This document shows positions 18,950 through 31,452 of a DNA stretch of 64,000 nt, in pieces; the first letter of the stretch is position 1, and the number at the start of each line of letters is the position of its first letter. A model generated the notes under the pieces. That model ran no database searches and had not been told where the DNA came from. It was given only the letters and a program-made list of their open reading frames with translations. The stretch spans positions 5 to 64,004 of the forward strand of contig JBQGEK010000025.1 of the NCBI GenBank assembly GCA_052039575.1. Reading direction: 5' to 3'. Both the position numbers and the translations under genes were made by a program. This DNA comes from Patulibacter sp. Lineage in GTDB: Bacteria > Actinomycetota > Thermoleophilia > Solirubrobacterales > Solirubrobacteraceae.

Positions 18950-20628
18950 TGCTGCTCGAGCTGCGCGTAGAGAACCTGCTGCTGATCGAACGGGCCGAGA
19001 TCGACCTCGGTCCGGGCCTCAACGTCATCACGGGCGAGACCGGCGCCGGGAAGACGATGCTCGCCCATGCGATCGATCTGCTGCTCGGCGCCAAGCCGAA
19101 GGGCGGGATCGTCCGTCCCGGCGCGCCCGAGGCGTGGGTCGAGGGCGTCTTCTCGTGGGACCGGGCGAGCCGCGTGCTGCCGGCGGAGATCGCCGACCGC
19201 CTGCCGTCCGACGCCGACGAGCTGGTGCTCGCTCGGCGGGTCTCCGCGGAGGGGCGGTCGCGTGCCTTCCTGAACGGCCGCTCCGCGACCGCCGCCGACC
19301 TGCGCGAGGTCGGTCGGGCGCTGCTCGCGTTCCACGGCCAGCACGAGGCCCAGCGGCTGCTGTCGTCGTCGGCCCAGCTCGATCTGCTCGACGCGTTCTG
19401 CGCGATCGATGATCCGGATCACCCGAAGCGTCGCCTCGAGCACGCGGCGGCCCACGCCGCGGAGCGCGACGCGGCTCAGCGCCTCGACGAGCTGCGCGAC
19501 GCCGCCGGTGCCCGAGAACGCGAGCTCGACCTGCTGCGGTTCGAGCTGCAGGAGATCGACGAGCTGGCGCCCGATCCGGCTGAGCGCGACGAGCTGGTCG
19601 GCGCCCGCGACCGGCTGCGCCACGTCGACGCGCTGCGGCAGGCGACGCACACCGCGCAGCAGGCGCTCGGGGCCGACGACGGCGCGGCAGGGGCGGCCCT
19701 CGCGATCGGCGAGGCCGCGCTCGACGGCGTGACCGGGGTCGACGCCGCGCTCGACGGACTGACCGAGCGGATGCGCTCGCTGCGGATCGAGGCCGACGAC
19801 CTGGCCGCCGAGCTGCACCGGCAGCTCGACGCCTACGAGAGCGAGCCGGGCGAGCTGGAGCGCGTCGACGATCGACTGCAGGCGATCGGACGGCTCGAGC
19901 GCAAGTACGGCGGCACCGTGGAAGGCGTGCTCGCGCACGCCGAGCAGTGCCGCGAACGGCTCGCCGAGCTGGAGGACGTGGAGGGCACGACGGCCGCGGT
20001 CGAGGCGGAGCTGGCCGCGGCCGGCGAGCGCCGCGTCGCCCTGGCGGACCAGCTGACCGCCGCGCGCACCGCGGTGGCGCCGGCGCTCGCGTCGGCCGTC
20101 GTCGAGCGGCTGGCCGAGCTGGCGATGCCGGCGGCGCAGCTCGAGGTGCGGCTGGAGCCCCGCGACCCGGTCGCGACCGGCCAGGACCGCTGCGAGCTGC
20201 TGCTGGCGCCGAATCCGGGCGTGCCGGCGGCCCCGGTCCGCGAGTCGGCGTCCGGGGGCGAGCTGTCGCGCGTGATGCTCGCGCTGCTCGCCGTGGTCGG
20301 GTCGGACGGCGCGGGCGCCGCCCGGACCCAGGTCTTCGACGAGATCGACAGCGGGGTCGGCGGCCAGACCGGGCGGGCCGTCGGCGAGCAGCTGCGCACG
20401 CTCGGCGAGGCCGGGCAGGTGCTCTGCATCACCCACCTGCCGCAGATCGCGGCGCTGGCGGAGCGGAACTTCGCGATCGAGAAGGACACGTCGGTCGAGC
20501 CGGCGCGGACCGTGGTCCGGCGGCTCAAGGACCGGGAGGTCGTCGGCGAGCTGGTGCGGATGCTCGGGGCCGACGAGGGCGACAAGGGCGCGCTCAAGCA
20601 CGCCAAGGAGCTGCGCAGCGCGGCGTAG
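18949..20628 (+). CDS. recN: DNA repair protein RecN
   Basis: ITGETGAGKT, FHGQHE, ASGGELSRVML, FDEIDSGVGG, QVLCITHLPQIA. Confidence 0.96.
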   Translation: MLLELRVENLLLIERAEIDLGPGLNVITGETGAGKTMLAHAIDLLLGAKPKGGIVRPGAPEAWVEGVFSWDRASRVLPAEIADRLPSDADELVLARRVSAEGRSRAFLNGRSATAADLREVGRALLAFHGQHEAQRLLSSSAQLDLLDAFCAIDDPDHPKRRLEHAAAHAAERDAAQRLDELRDAAGARERELDLLRFELQEIDELAPDPAERDELVGARDRLRHVDALRQATHTAQQALGADDGAAGAALAIGEAALDGVTGVDAALDGLTERMRSLRIEADDLAAELHRQLDAYESEPGELERVDDRLQAIGRLERKYGGTVEGVLAHAEQCRERLAELEDVEGTTAAVEAELAAAGERRVALADQLTAARTAVAPALASAVVERLAELAMPAAQLEVRLEPRDPVATGQDRCELLLAPNPGVPAAPVRESASGGELSRVMLALLAVVGSDGAGAARTQVFDEIDSGVGGQTGRAVGEQLRTLGEAGQVLCITHLPQIAALAERNFAIEKDTSVEPARTVVRRLKDREVVGELVRMLGADEGDKGALKHAKELRSAA

Positions 20629-20644
20629 CTCCCGTGGCGGCGGT

Positions 20645-21040
20645 CTAGGTCCCGGAGGGGGACTGCAGGTCGAGCGCGTGCGAGTTGATGCACCAGCGCT
20701 GACCCGAGTCGCCCGGACCGTCCGGGAACACGTGCCCGAGGTGTCCTCCGCAGTTGGAGCACTTGACCTCGATCCGGGTCATTCCGTGGGAGCGGTCCTC
20801 GTGCAGGGTCACGGCCTCGGCCACGACCGGGTCGGTGAAGCTCGGCCAGCCCGTACCCGAGTCGAACTTCGTGTCGCTGCTGAACAGCTCCGCGTGACAT
20901 GCGGCACAGCGATAGGTGCCGTCGTCCTTGGTGTCCCAGTACTTGCCGGTGAACGCCGGCTCGGTCCCGCACTGCCGCAGCACCGCGTACTGCTCGGGGG
21001 TGAGCTCAGCGCGCCACTGGTCGTCGGTCTTCTGCTCCAT
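20645..21040 (-). CDS. msrB: Peptide-methionine (R)-sulfoxide reductase
   Basis: [43 protein letters not shown]; C-terminal part of ORF 20645..22825. Confidence 0.95.
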   Translation of the reverse strand: MEQKTDDQWRAELTPEQYAVLRQCGTEPAFTGKYWDTKDDGTYRCAACHAELFSSDTKFDSGTGWPSFTDPVVAEAVTLHEDRSHGMTRIEVKCSNCGGHLGHVFPDGPGDSGQRWCINSHALDLQSPSGT

Positions 21041-21139
21041 CCCGCGATCGTTGCAGGTTCGCCCTCTCGGCCCATGGGTAGGAGGGGAGGCAGGCCAAGG
21101 CCTGTCCGGCCCACCCGGTACCGTCTTGATCGGTCGTAG

Positions 21140-22882
<1,743 letters not shown>

Positions 22883-22893
22883 CGGCCGTTCCG

Positions 22894-24174
22894 GTGTCGG
22901 CTCCCCTCGCGCAGCGCGCGTCGGCGGACGAGCACGCGGCCCTGCAGGCCCGCTTCCGCGAGCTCTGCGCGGTGCCGAGCCCGTCCGGCGACGAGCGCGC
23001 GTGCGCGGACCTCGTCGTCGGCGTGCTGCGCGGTCTGGGCCTGGCGGTCACCGAGGATGGGGCCGGCGCCGCTCTGGGTGGCACTGCCGGCAACCTGCTC
23101 TGCCGGATCCCGGCGAGCGCGGTCGCTGCCGAGGGCACCCGCGCCATCGACGGCCCGGAGTCGGCCGCACCACGTGAGGCATCGGCCGACGGCCAGCTGT
23201 TGCTGTCGGCGGTGCCGGACGAGGTTCCGACGGTGCTGCTGTGCGCGCACCTCGACACGGTGGCGGTGGGCCCCGAGATCCGGCCGGAGCTGCGTGACGG
23301 CACATGGGTCGACGGTCTCGGCGGCGTGCTGGGCGCCGACAACAAGGCGTCGGTCGCGGTCCTGCTCGCGGTCGCCGAGCGGCTCTCTCGTGCGCCGATC
23401 CCCGTGGACGTCGAACTGCTCTTCACCGTGCAGGAGGAACCGCAGCTGCGGGGTATCCAGGCGTGCGCCCTCAGGGAGCTGCGCGCGCGCTGCGGGTACG
23501 TGATCGACCATCCGAGCCCGGTCGGCGGGATCGTGATGTCGGCCCCCGGCCATGTGCGCTTCGATGCCCGCTACCGGGGACGCGCGGCGCACGCAGCGAT
23601 CGCCCCCGAAGACGGTCGGAGTGCCGTCCTCGCCGCGGCGCGTGCGATCTCTGCCCTTCCCGCCGGGCGCCTCGACAGCGGTGCCACGGTCAACGTCGGC
23701 CATGTCAGCGGCGGCGACACGGCGAGCCACGAGCCGGCGACGAACGTCGTGCCGCAGCACGCCCGGATCGTCGGCGAGGTTCGCGGCCCCGACTCCGACG
23801 CCCTGCGCACCACCGTCGACGTGGTCGAGTCGGCGCTCCACGACGCCGCCCACGACCCCCGCGGACCGGTCGATCTGGATCTGCAGATGGAGACGCGGTT
23901 CGTCCCGTACGGCCACACGCGCCGGTCGAAGCCCGTCGTCCATGCCACCGCGGCCCTGCAAGCCCTGGGAATCGCCCCAAGGCCGTTCACCGATGCCGGC
24001 GGCAGCGACGCCAACGTGCTCAACGCCTCCGGTATCCCCACCGTGAACCTGGCGGGGGGCAACCGCGGCGCCCACGAGCCGGGGGAGTCGATCCCCGCGG
24101 TGGCCCTCGAGCGCTGCCTCGACCTGGTGCTCACGATCCTTCAGAGCCACCGACCCGATCCGTCCGGCGCGTAG
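22894..24174 (+). CDS. M20/M25/M40 family metallo-hydrolase (PepT-like)
   Basis: SPSGDE, AHLDTV, GADNKA, QEE, GGSDAN, AHEPGE. Confidence 0.88.
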   Translation: MSAPLAQRASADEHAALQARFRELCAVPSPSGDERACADLVVGVLRGLGLAVTEDGAGAALGGTAGNLLCRIPASAVAAEGTRAIDGPESAAPREASADGQLLLSAVPDEVPTVLLCAHLDTVAVGPEIRPELRDGTWVDGLGGVLGADNKASVAVLLAVAERLSRAPIPVDVELLFTVQEEPQLRGIQACALRELRARCGYVIDHPSPVGGIVMSAPGHVRFDARYRGRAAHAAIAPEDGRSAVLAAARAISALPAGRLDSGATVNVGHVSGGDTASHEPATNVVPQHARIVGEVRGPDSDALRTTVDVVESALHDAAHDPRGPVDLDLQMETRFVPYGHTRRSKPVVHATAALQALGIAPRPFTDAGGSDANVLNASGIPTVNLAGGNRGAHEPGESIPAVALERCLDLVLTILQSHRPDPSGA

Positions 24175-24195
24175 CGCCTCGTCCCCAGGAGCCAG

Positions 24196-24747
24196 ATGAG
24201 CACCGCCGAGTCCCGCCAGTTCGAACGCGTCGGAGGCACCGTCCTGCACCAGGGGCGGATCGTCCGCGTCGTGGAGGATCGATTCCGGTTCGCGGACGGC
24301 AACGAGGTCGACCGCGAGATCGTGCGGCACATGGGTGCGGTCGGCGTGCTGGTCCACGACGGCAGCCACCTGCTGCTGACCCGCCAGCCGCGCGAGGCCA
24401 CCGGCAACCCGAACAGCCTCGAGATCCCCGCCGGGCGGCTCGACAGGCCCGGCGAGCAGCCGATCGAATGCGCGAAGCGCGAGCTCGCGGAAGAGGTCAG
24501 CCGCGCCGCTGCCCAGTGGCAGCCGATCCTCACCTTCCAGCCATCGGTCGGGATCCTCGACGAGCGGATGCACCTGTTCTGCGCCTGGGACCTCTCCGAC
24601 GCCACCGCGGACAGCGGTGAAGACGAGCGGATCGAACTGGTCCGCTGGCCGATCAGCGAGATCGACGGCGCGATTGCCGAGACCGAGGACGGCAAGACGC
24701 TGATCGCGCTGCTCTGGGCCAAGGCCAACGGCCTGCCCGGGGTCTGA
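24196..24747 (+). CDS. nudF: NUDIX hydrolase (ADP-ribose pyrophosphatase-like)
   Basis: REIVRHMGAV, EIPAGRLD..GE....AKRELAEE, DGKT; lies upstream of xerD. Confidence 0.85.
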   Translation: MSTAESRQFERVGGTVLHQGRIVRVVEDRFRFADGNEVDREIVRHMGAVGVLVHDGSHLLLTRQPREATGNPNSLEIPAGRLDRPGEQPIECAKRELAEEVSRAAAQWQPILTFQPSVGILDERMHLFCAWDLSDATADSGEDERIELVRWPISEIDGAIAETEDGKTLIALLWAKANGLPGV

Positions 24748-24764
24748 CCCCCCGCGCGTGCCGT

Positions 24765-24788
24765 GGCGACACGCCGGGGCGTGTCGCC
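24765..24788. other. GC-rich hairpin between nudF and xerD
   Basis: GGCGACACGC-CGGG-GCGTGTCGCC, perfect 10-bp stem. Confidence 0.5.
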
Positions 24789-24849
24789 GCGCACACGCGC
24801 TTGCAGCAACGAGGGGTGCGACCGTCGCCGCGCAATCTCGATCGCGGAC

Positions 24850-25827
24850 ATGCACCCACTCGCCGCGCCCGTACCGACCCGTCCGATCACCACCCTGGTG
24901 CTGGACTTCCTGGCCTACCTGGAGTTCGAACGCGGGTTGTCGCGGAACACGCTCGACGCCTACCGCTCGGACCTGCAGCAGTACGAGCGGTTCCTCGACG
25001 AGCGCTCCGTCGACGTGCTCGCCGCGACGAGCGACGACGTCTCGGCGTTCCTCGACGGTCTCGCCGAAGGTCGGACCCGGCGCGACGGCACGGTGCAGCG
25101 ACCGGCGGCCGCCGCCACCGTCCAGCGCAAGGCCGCCTGCCTGCGCAGCTTCTACCGCCACGTCCGTCGCGAGGGGCTGCTGGAAGCCGATCCGACCGCT
25201 GACGTCCGCGGGCCCCGCAAGCGCGAGCAGCTGCCGAAGGTGCTGACGCGGGCCGAGGTCGCCAAGCTGCTGGCGATGCCGGGCCGTCACGGAGACGCCG
25301 ATCCGATCACGCTGCGCGATCGGGCGATCCTCGAGCTGATGTACGCCTGCGGTCTGCGCGCCAGCGAAGCCACCGGTCTGGACGTCTCAGACGTCGACCT
25401 GCAGGACGGGATGCTGCGCGCCCGCGGCAAGGGCCGCAAGGAGCGGTTGGTGCCCGTCGGGCGGCGCGCGGTCGAGGCGGTCTCGCTCTACCTGCGCGAG
25501 TCGCGGGCCGAGCTGATCGGCAGCAAGCACGCGGAGCCCGCGCTGTTCGTCAACGCGCGCGGTGGGCGGCTGAGCCGCCAGGGCCTGTACAAGATCGTCC
25601 AGCGTCACGCGCGCAGCGCGGCGCTCGATGACCGGATGAGCCCGCACACGCTGCGGCACAGCTTCGCGACCCACCTGCTGGCCGGCGGCTGCGATCTGCG
25701 CACGCTGCAGGAGATGCTCGGACACGCGGACATCGCGACGACCCAGATGTACACCCACCTCTCCGCCCAACGGCTCCAGGACGTCTACCGCGACGCCCAC
25801 CCGCGGGCGCTGCACGCGACCGCGTAG
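24850..25827 (+). CDS. xerD: Site-specific tyrosine recombinase XerD
   Basis: ERGLSRNTLDAY, LMYACGLRASE, GKGRKERLVP, SPHTLRHSFATHLL, LGHADIATTQMY; nudF-xerD synteny. Confidence 0.92.
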   Translation: MHPLAAPVPTRPITTLVLDFLAYLEFERGLSRNTLDAYRSDLQQYERFLDERSVDVLAATSDDVSAFLDGLAEGRTRRDGTVQRPAAAATVQRKAACLRSFYRHVRREGLLEADPTADVRGPRKREQLPKVLTRAEVAKLLAMPGRHGDADPITLRDRAILELMYACGLRASEATGLDVSDVDLQDGMLRARGKGRKERLVPVGRRAVEAVSLYLRESRAELIGSKHAEPALFVNARGGRLSRQGLYKIVQRHARSAALDDRMSPHTLRHSFATHLLAGGCDLRTLQEMLGHADIATTQMYTHLSAQRLQDVYRDAHPRALHATA

Positions 25828-25828
25828 C

Positions 25829-26722
25829 TCAGGTCTGGTCGGTGCGGGGCACCGCGGTAGCGGTGATGGTGGTCGGCGCCTGCGCCGTGCGGTTGCGGCG
25901 GGCCATGAACCGCGCGAACAGACCGCCGGTGATCAGCATGCACACGCTGTAGACGGCGGCGGGAATCGTCAGCTCCTCGATCAGCAGCGACCCGATCGCG
26001 ATCGCCAGCGCGCTGTTGTGGACGCCGAGCTCGAGCGCGACCGCGGTCGCTTGGGTTCGCGTCAGCTTGGCGACCCGCGACATTCCGTACGAGATCGTCA
26101 TCGCCAGGACGTTGAGGGTCAGCGTCGCGAGGATCAGTTCGTCCGCGTGCGCGCTGACCGCGTCGAACTCGCTCACCACCGCACCGATCACGATCAGCAC
26201 GAAGCAGCCCAGCGCAACACGACTGACCAGCGGCCGGTAGCGCTCGGTCCACGCGGGTGCCCGCGCGCGGATCGTCATCCCGGTGAGCAGCGGGACGATC
26301 GTGATCGCAAAGACCGGCAGCACCACACCGATGACGGAGACGTCGCTGCCGACCGGCGCGTCGAACACCGATACCGCCAGCGTCAGGTACAGCGGCACGG
26401 TGATCACCGCGAGCAGACTGCTCAGAGCGGTCATCGACACGGACAACGCGGTATCGCCGCGCGCCAGATGGGTGAGCAGGTTGGCGAGCGTGCCGCCCGG
26501 CGAGGCACCCAGCAGGACCAGGCCGACGGCGAACAACGGATCGAGTCCATAGAGCGCGGCGATCCCGAACGCGAGCACGGGGGAGAGCACGATCAGGTTG
26601 GCCAAGCCGAGCAGGATGCCCCGTGGCCGACTGGCGATCCGCGTGAAATCGGCGATCCGCAGCGTCATGCCGAGCGACGCCATGATCAGCGCCAGTCCGG
26701 CGGGCAGCACGATCTGGGTCAT
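25829..26722 (-). CDS. Bile acid:sodium symporter family transporter
   Basis: IMASLGMTL, SPGGTLAN, LARGDTALSVSMT, LELGVHNS. Confidence 0.9.
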   Translation of the reverse strand: MTQIVLPAGLALIMASLGMTLRIADFTRIASRPRGILLGLANLIVLSPVLAFGIAALYGLDPLFAVGLVLLGASPGGTLANLLTHLARGDTALSVSMTALSSLLAVITVPLYLTLAVSVFDAPVGSDVSVIGVVLPVFAITIVPLLTGMTIRARAPAWTERYRPLVSRVALGCFVLIVIGAVVSEFDAVSAHADELILATLTLNVLAMTISYGMSRVAKLTRTQATAVALELGVHNSALAIAIGSLLIEELTIPAAVYSVCMLITGGLFARFMARRNRTAQAPTTITATAVPRTDQT

Positions 26723-26806
26723 GGGTGTCTCCGGGTGCTCATGACGCCACCGTACATGTGGCGGTGCCTACAGCGCACGGGGGTGCTCTGGCACCCTGGG
26801 TGGGGC

Positions 26807-27649
26807 ATGCCCGAGCTGCCCGAGGTCGAGACCGTCACCCGCCAGCTGCGACCGCACCTCGAGGGGCGCGTGATGCGCACCGTCGAGATCCTCGATCCGC
26901 GGTGGTGTCAGCCCGACGACACCGCGGTCACCGAGGCGGCACTGACCGACCGCAGACTGCTCGCGCTGGATCGTCGCGGCAAGCACCTGATCTGGCGGAC
27001 CGACGGGGGCACGCTGCTGCTGCACCTGCGGATGACCGGCGTGCTGCTCGTCGACAGTGCCGACGACGCGCCGTACCAGCGGGTCGTGCTGACGCTCGAC
27101 GACGGATCGACGGTGCGGTTCTGCGACCCGCGGCGGTTCGGCACCGGCCGCTGGTTCGACGACGATGCGGCGGCGGACGCCTACCTGGACGCGCGGCTCG
27201 GCCCCGAGCCGCTCTCCGCGTCCTTCGACGGCCCGGCGCTGCACCGCGCGATCCGTGGCCGTCGCACGTCGATCAAGGCGTTGCTGCTCGACCAGCGCGT
27301 GGTGGCGGGCGTCGGCAACATCTACGCCGACGAGGCGCTGTTCCACGCTCGGGTCCACCCGTTGCGCCGCGGCGAGCAGCTGACTCGCGCGCAATCCGCC
27401 GCGCTCGCTGCCGGCGTCCGGCGGTCGCTCGAGGACGGGATCGCCGCGGGTGGCGCGACGATCGACGATTTCCGCCACGTCGACGGCTTCGAGGGCTGGT
27501 TCCAGAACGACTTCCGGGTGCACCGCCGCGAGGGCCTTCCGTGCCCTGAGTGCGGCACGCCGGTGATCCGGCGCACGGGGGCCCAGCGCTCGACCTACAG
27601 CTGCGACCGCGGCCAGCCGCGACCGCGCGGGGCGCGGTCGCCGGGCTGA
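26807..27649 (+). CDS. mutM: Formamidopyrimidine-DNA glycosylase
   Basis: MPELPEVET, RRGKHL, HLRMTG, DPRRFG, LLDQRVVAGVGNIYADE; C-terminal Zn finger whose last Cys reads Gly. Confidence 0.95.
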   Translation: MPELPEVETVTRQLRPHLEGRVMRTVEILDPRWCQPDDTAVTEAALTDRRLLALDRRGKHLIWRTDGGTLLLHLRMTGVLLVDSADDAPYQRVVLTLDDGSTVRFCDPRRFGTGRWFDDDAAADAYLDARLGPEPLSASFDGPALHRAIRGRRTSIKALLLDQRVVAGVGNIYADEALFHARVHPLRRGEQLTRAQSAALAAGVRRSLEDGIAAGGATIDDFRHVDGFEGWFQNDFRVHRREGLPCPECGTPVIRRTGAQRSTYSCDRGQPRPRGARSPG

Positions 27650-27907
27650 TCAGGCTGCGGTCATCTCCGCCAGTCGGCCGGACTGGTCGGCGGCGGCCAG
27701 CTCGTCGTACCCGCCGATGAGCTCCTCGCCGACGAGGATCTGCGGAAAGGTCATCATGCCGGTGCGCTGCGCCAGCTCGGCCCGCGTCTCGGGATCGCGC
27801 CCCAGGTGGATCTCCTCGTACGAGATCCCGCGGGCGTCGAGCAGAGCCTTGGCACGGACGCAGTACGGGCAGGCAACGGTGGTATAGACCGTGACGGACG
27901 AACTCAT
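27650..27907 (-). CDS. Glutaredoxin (Grx3-like)
   Basis: CPYC active site, TFPQI, IGGYDEL. Confidence 0.92.
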   Translation of the reverse strand: MSSSVTVYTTVACPYCVRAKALLDARGISYEEIHLGRDPETRAELAQRTGMMTFPQILVGEELIGGYDELAAADQSGRLAEMTAA

Positions 27908-27931
27908 ACCTTCACAACGTACAGTGGAGCA

Positions 27932-28666
27932 GTGAGCGGCCGCCGGATCAGCACCGAAGCGGTGATCCTGCGGTCGATGCGCTACGGCGAGGCGGACCGG
28001 ATCCTCCACGCGATCACGCCCGAGCACGGCCGAATCGGCGCGATCGCCCGCGGCGCGCGGCGGCCGCGCAGCAAGCTCGGCGGCCGACTCGAGCCGCTCT
28101 CCGTCGTCACGCTCGAGCTGCAGCGTGGACGGAGCGACCTGCACACGGTGGTGGGGGCGGACACGGTCGCGGTCCACCACCGGATCCTCTCCCACCACGG
28201 GGCGCTGACCGAGGCCCAACGCGCCAGCGGCGTGGTCGACCGGACCTCGGTGCCCGACGAGCCGGCCCAGGCGGTCCACGGCCTGCTGCGGACGCTGCTC
28301 GCCGTACTCGACGCCGATCCGCACGCGGCGTCCGAGAGCCTGCAGCTGGCCTTCCGACTCAAGCTGCTCTATGCCCACGGCGTTTCCCCGGCGCTCGGGG
28401 CATGCGTCCACTGCGGTCGCACCGACGGTCTGGTCGCGTTCGACGCGGCGCACGGTGGCGTGGTCTGCGCCAGCTGCCAGCGCAGCGCCCCGTCGGTCGA
28501 GCCCGCGGCGATCGCGTTCATGATCGAGGCACTCGGCCGTCCGTTGGCCCACGCCCCGTCGCTGGAGCCGCGTCCGGCACACCAGGTCGGACGGGCGATC
28601 GAGGACCTGGCGCGGCAGCACCTTGGGGTCGAGCTGCGCGACCGCACCCCACGTTCGTCGGGGTGA
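27932..28666 (+). CDS. recO: DNA repair protein RecO
   Basis: AVILRSMRYGEADRI, ARGARRPRSKLGGRLEP, CVHC...CASC Zn site. Confidence 0.93.
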   Translation: MSGRRISTEAVILRSMRYGEADRILHAITPEHGRIGAIARGARRPRSKLGGRLEPLSVVTLELQRGRSDLHTVVGADTVAVHHRILSHHGALTEAQRASGVVDRTSVPDEPAQAVHGLLRTLLAVLDADPHAASESLQLAFRLKLLYAHGVSPALGACVHCGRTDGLVAFDAAHGGVVCASCQRSAPSVEPAAIAFMIEALGRPLAHAPSLEPRPAHQVGRAIEDLARQHLGVELRDRTPRSSG

Positions 28667-28695
28667 ACGTCCGATGCGTGGCTAGTATGCAAGCG

Positions 28696-31371
28696 ATGGG
28701 AGACCATCTCACCTGGGTTCAGGACTTCGCCGACGGCGCGAAGGAGCAGCGCGATCTGCTTGGCGGCAAGGGGGCCAACGTCGCCGAGATGACGCGGATC
28801 CTCGGACCACACAGGGTTCCAGCGGGGTTCACGATCACCACCGCGGCCTGCGTCGCGTACATGCGGGCCGACCGCGTCGTCCCCGACGGGCTCGACGATC
28901 AGGTCCAGCGGGCGGTCGAGCGGCTCGAGCAGCTCACCGGCAAACGCCGCGGCGCCCCGGCCGACCCGCTGCTGGTCTCGGTCCGCTCCGGCGCGCGCGA
29001 GTCGATGCCCGGCATGATGGACACGGTGCTCAACCTCGGGCTGACCGACGCGTCGGTCGAGGGTCTGGCGGCGAAGACCAGCAACCCGCGGTTCGCCTGG
29101 GACTCATACCGACGGTTCGTGCAGATGTACGCCAACGTCGTGCGCGGCGTTCCCGGCGAGCAGCTCGAGCACGCGATCGACGAGCTCAAGCGCGACCGCG
29201 GCGTCAAGCTCGACACCGAGCTCGACCAGGACGCGCTGCGGGAGCTGACCGAGCGGTTCACGTCGATCTACTCCGCGTCGACCGGTGAGCCGTTCCCGCA
29301 GGACCCGACGGCCCAGCTCGACGGGGCGATCCGCGCCGTCTTCGACTCGTGGATGGGCGACCGCGCGATCGCCTACCGGCGGCTCAACCGGATCCCCGAC
29401 GACTGGGGAACCGCGGTCAACGTCCAGCAGATGGTCTTCGGCAACATGGGCGACACGTCGGGATCGGGCGTGGCGTTCAGCCGCGACGAGGTCACCGGAG
29501 AACCCGAGCCATCCGGCGACTTCCTGGTCAACGCCCAGGGAGAGGACGTCGTGTCGGGCGTGCGCAACACCCAGGACATCTCGGACCTGCGGCGCGTGAT
29601 GCCGGACGCTCACGCCGAGCTGATGGAGATCCTGCGCAGCCTCGAGCGCCATTACGGCGACATGCAGGACACCGAGTTCACGATCGAGCAGGGCCGTCTG
29701 TACATGCTGCAGACGCGCAACGCCAAGCGCCCGGCCCAGGCCGCCGTGCGGTTCGCGGTCGACGCCGTGGGCGAGGGGCTGCTCGACCGCGGCGCGGCGT
29801 TGCGCACGATCGACGCGGACAGCCTCGACGCCCTGCTGCATCCGACCCTCGATCCGACCGCGAGCTTCTCGGTCGTCGCGCACGGAGTCAACGCGTCGCC
29901 CGGCGCCGGCAAGGGCACGGTCGTCTTCAGCGCCGATGCCGCGGTTGCCGCCGCGGAGCGCGGCGAACACGTGATCCTGGCGCGGCGGTTCACCGAGGCC
30001 GAGGACGTCGCCGGGTTCCACGCGGCGAAGGGGATCCTGACCAGCGAGGGTGGCAAGGCCAGCCATGCCGCGCTGGTCGCCCGTGGGATGGGCCGTCCCT
30101 GCGTGTCGGGCGCCCACACGCTCGAGATCGATGTCGCCGCCGAGGAGATCCGGCTGGCGACCGACGGCGACGCGGGCCCGCGCGGCACCGTGATCGCTCG
30201 TGCCGGCGACCGGCTGGTGATCGACGGCTCGTCGGGCGTGGTGACCACCGACGACGTCCCGCTGGTCGAAGCCACGATGAGCGACGAGTTCCGCACCGTC
30301 CTCGGCTGGGCCGACGATCTGCGCGAGCTCGGCGTGCGGACCAACGCCGACACACCGGAGGACGCCGCGCGGGCCCGCGACTTCGGGGCCGAGGGGATCG
30401 GGCTCTGTCGCACCGAGCACATGTTCATGGCCGCCGACCGCCAGCCGAAGATGCGGGCGATGATCATGGCCGACTCCGAGCAGGCCCGACGGGCGGCACT
30501 CGACGAGCTGCGCCCGCTCCAGCAGCAGGACTTCGAGGGACTGTTCGCTGCCATGCACGGACTTCCGGTGACGATCCGCCTGCTGGACCCGCCGCTCCAC
30601 GAGTTCCTGCCGCCGCGGATCGAGCTCGAGCGCCAGCTGCTCCGCACCGAGCACGCCGGCGACGACACCACCGACCTCCAGCACGAGATCGAACGGGTCG
30701 ACCAGCTCGCCGAGGTCAATCCGATGCTCGGGACCCGCGGAGTCCGTCTCGGCATCCTCTTCCCCGAGATCTACGAGATGCAGGTCCGGGCGATCTTCGC
30801 GGCGGCGAACGCGGTGCGCACGCGGGACGGAGACGCTCCGCGGCTCGAGATCATGATCCCGCTGGTGGACTACGAGCGAGAGCTCGAGCTGATGCGCGAG
30901 GTCGTCGAACGCGCCGGTCGCGACGCCGGGCTCGAAGCGGGGGAGGACTACCTGATCGGCACGATGATCGAGCTGCCTCGAGCCTGCTTCGTCGCCGACC
31001 ACATCGCCCGCTACGCGGACTTCTTCAGCTTCGGCACCAACGACCTGACCCAGACCGCGCTCGGCTTCAGCCGCGACGACATCGAGGGCAAGATCCTCGG
31101 GCGCTACGTCGACACCCAGATCGTCGACCGCTCCCCGTTCGAGACGCTCGACACGCCCGGGGTCGGCCAGATGCTGCGGATGGGCGCCTGGCTCGGCCGC
31201 AAGACCGACAACGACCTCAAGCTCGGCGTCTGCGGCGAGCACGGCGGCGACCCTGATTCGATCGCGTTCTTCCAGGACTCGGGGATCGACTACGTGTCGT
31301 GCTCGCCGGTCCGCGTGCCGATCGCCCGCGTGGCCGCCGCGCAGGCGGCGGTCGCGAGCCCTCGGCCCTAG
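28696..31371 (+). CDS. ppdK: Pyruvate, phosphate dikinase
   Basis: LLGGKGAN, LLVSVRSGA, SHAALVARG, GIGLCRTEHMF, GTMIELPRA, FSFGTNDLTQ, CGEHGGDP. Confidence 0.97.
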   Translation: MGDHLTWVQDFADGAKEQRDLLGGKGANVAEMTRILGPHRVPAGFTITTAACVAYMRADRVVPDGLDDQVQRAVERLEQLTGKRRGAPADPLLVSVRSGARESMPGMMDTVLNLGLTDASVEGLAAKTSNPRFAWDSYRRFVQMYANVVRGVPGEQLEHAIDELKRDRGVKLDTELDQDALRELTERFTSIYSASTGEPFPQDPTAQLDGAIRAVFDSWMGDRAIAYRRLNRIPDDWGTAVNVQQMVFGNMGDTSGSGVAFSRDEVTGEPEPSGDFLVNAQGEDVVSGVRNTQDISDLRRVMPDAHAELMEILRSLERHYGDMQDTEFTIEQGRLYMLQTRNAKRPAQAAVRFAVDAVGEGLLDRGAALRTIDADSLDALLHPTLDPTASFSVVAHGVNASPGAGKGTVVFSADAAVAAAERGEHVILARRFTEAEDVAGFHAAKGILTSEGGKASHAALVARGMGRPCVSGAHTLEIDVAAEEIRLATDGDAGPRGTVIARAGDRLVIDGSSGVVTTDDVPLVEATMSDEFRTVLGWADDLRELGVRTNADTPEDAARARDFGAEGIGLCRTEHMFMAADRQPKMRAMIMADSEQARRAALDELRPLQQQDFEGLFAAMHGLPVTIRLLDPPLHEFLPPRIELERQLLRTEHAGDDTTDLQHEIERVDQLAEVNPMLGTRGVRLGILFPEIYEMQVRAIFAAANAVRTRDGDAPRLEIMIPLVDYERELELMREVVERAGRDAGLEAGEDYLIGTMIELPRACFVADHIARYADFFSFGTNDLTQTALGFSRDDIEGKILGRYVDTQIVDRSPFETLDTPGVGQMLRMGAWLGRKTDNDLKLGVCGEHGGDPDSIAFFQDSGIDYVSCSPVRVPIARVAAAQAAVASPRP

Positions 31372-31452
31372 CGAGCATCGAGGCGCGAGCGGGCTGGCCG
31401 TGGACGTGGCCCGCCGGGCGGCGCATCACCGGCGGGTGCGACAATCGGGGCG

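Noticed and set aside
24850-25827. Tyrosine recombinase as a mobile-element integrase
   Set aside because: Sequence and nudF-xerD synteny indicate housekeeping XerD; no att sites or cargo.
26018-26806. Long N-terminal extensions in the ORF track for mutM (also efp, yebC, ppdK, pdxT, ruvA)
   Set aside because: The extensions overlap neighbouring genes; family N-termini (e.g. MPELPEVE, MAGHSKW) define the true starts.
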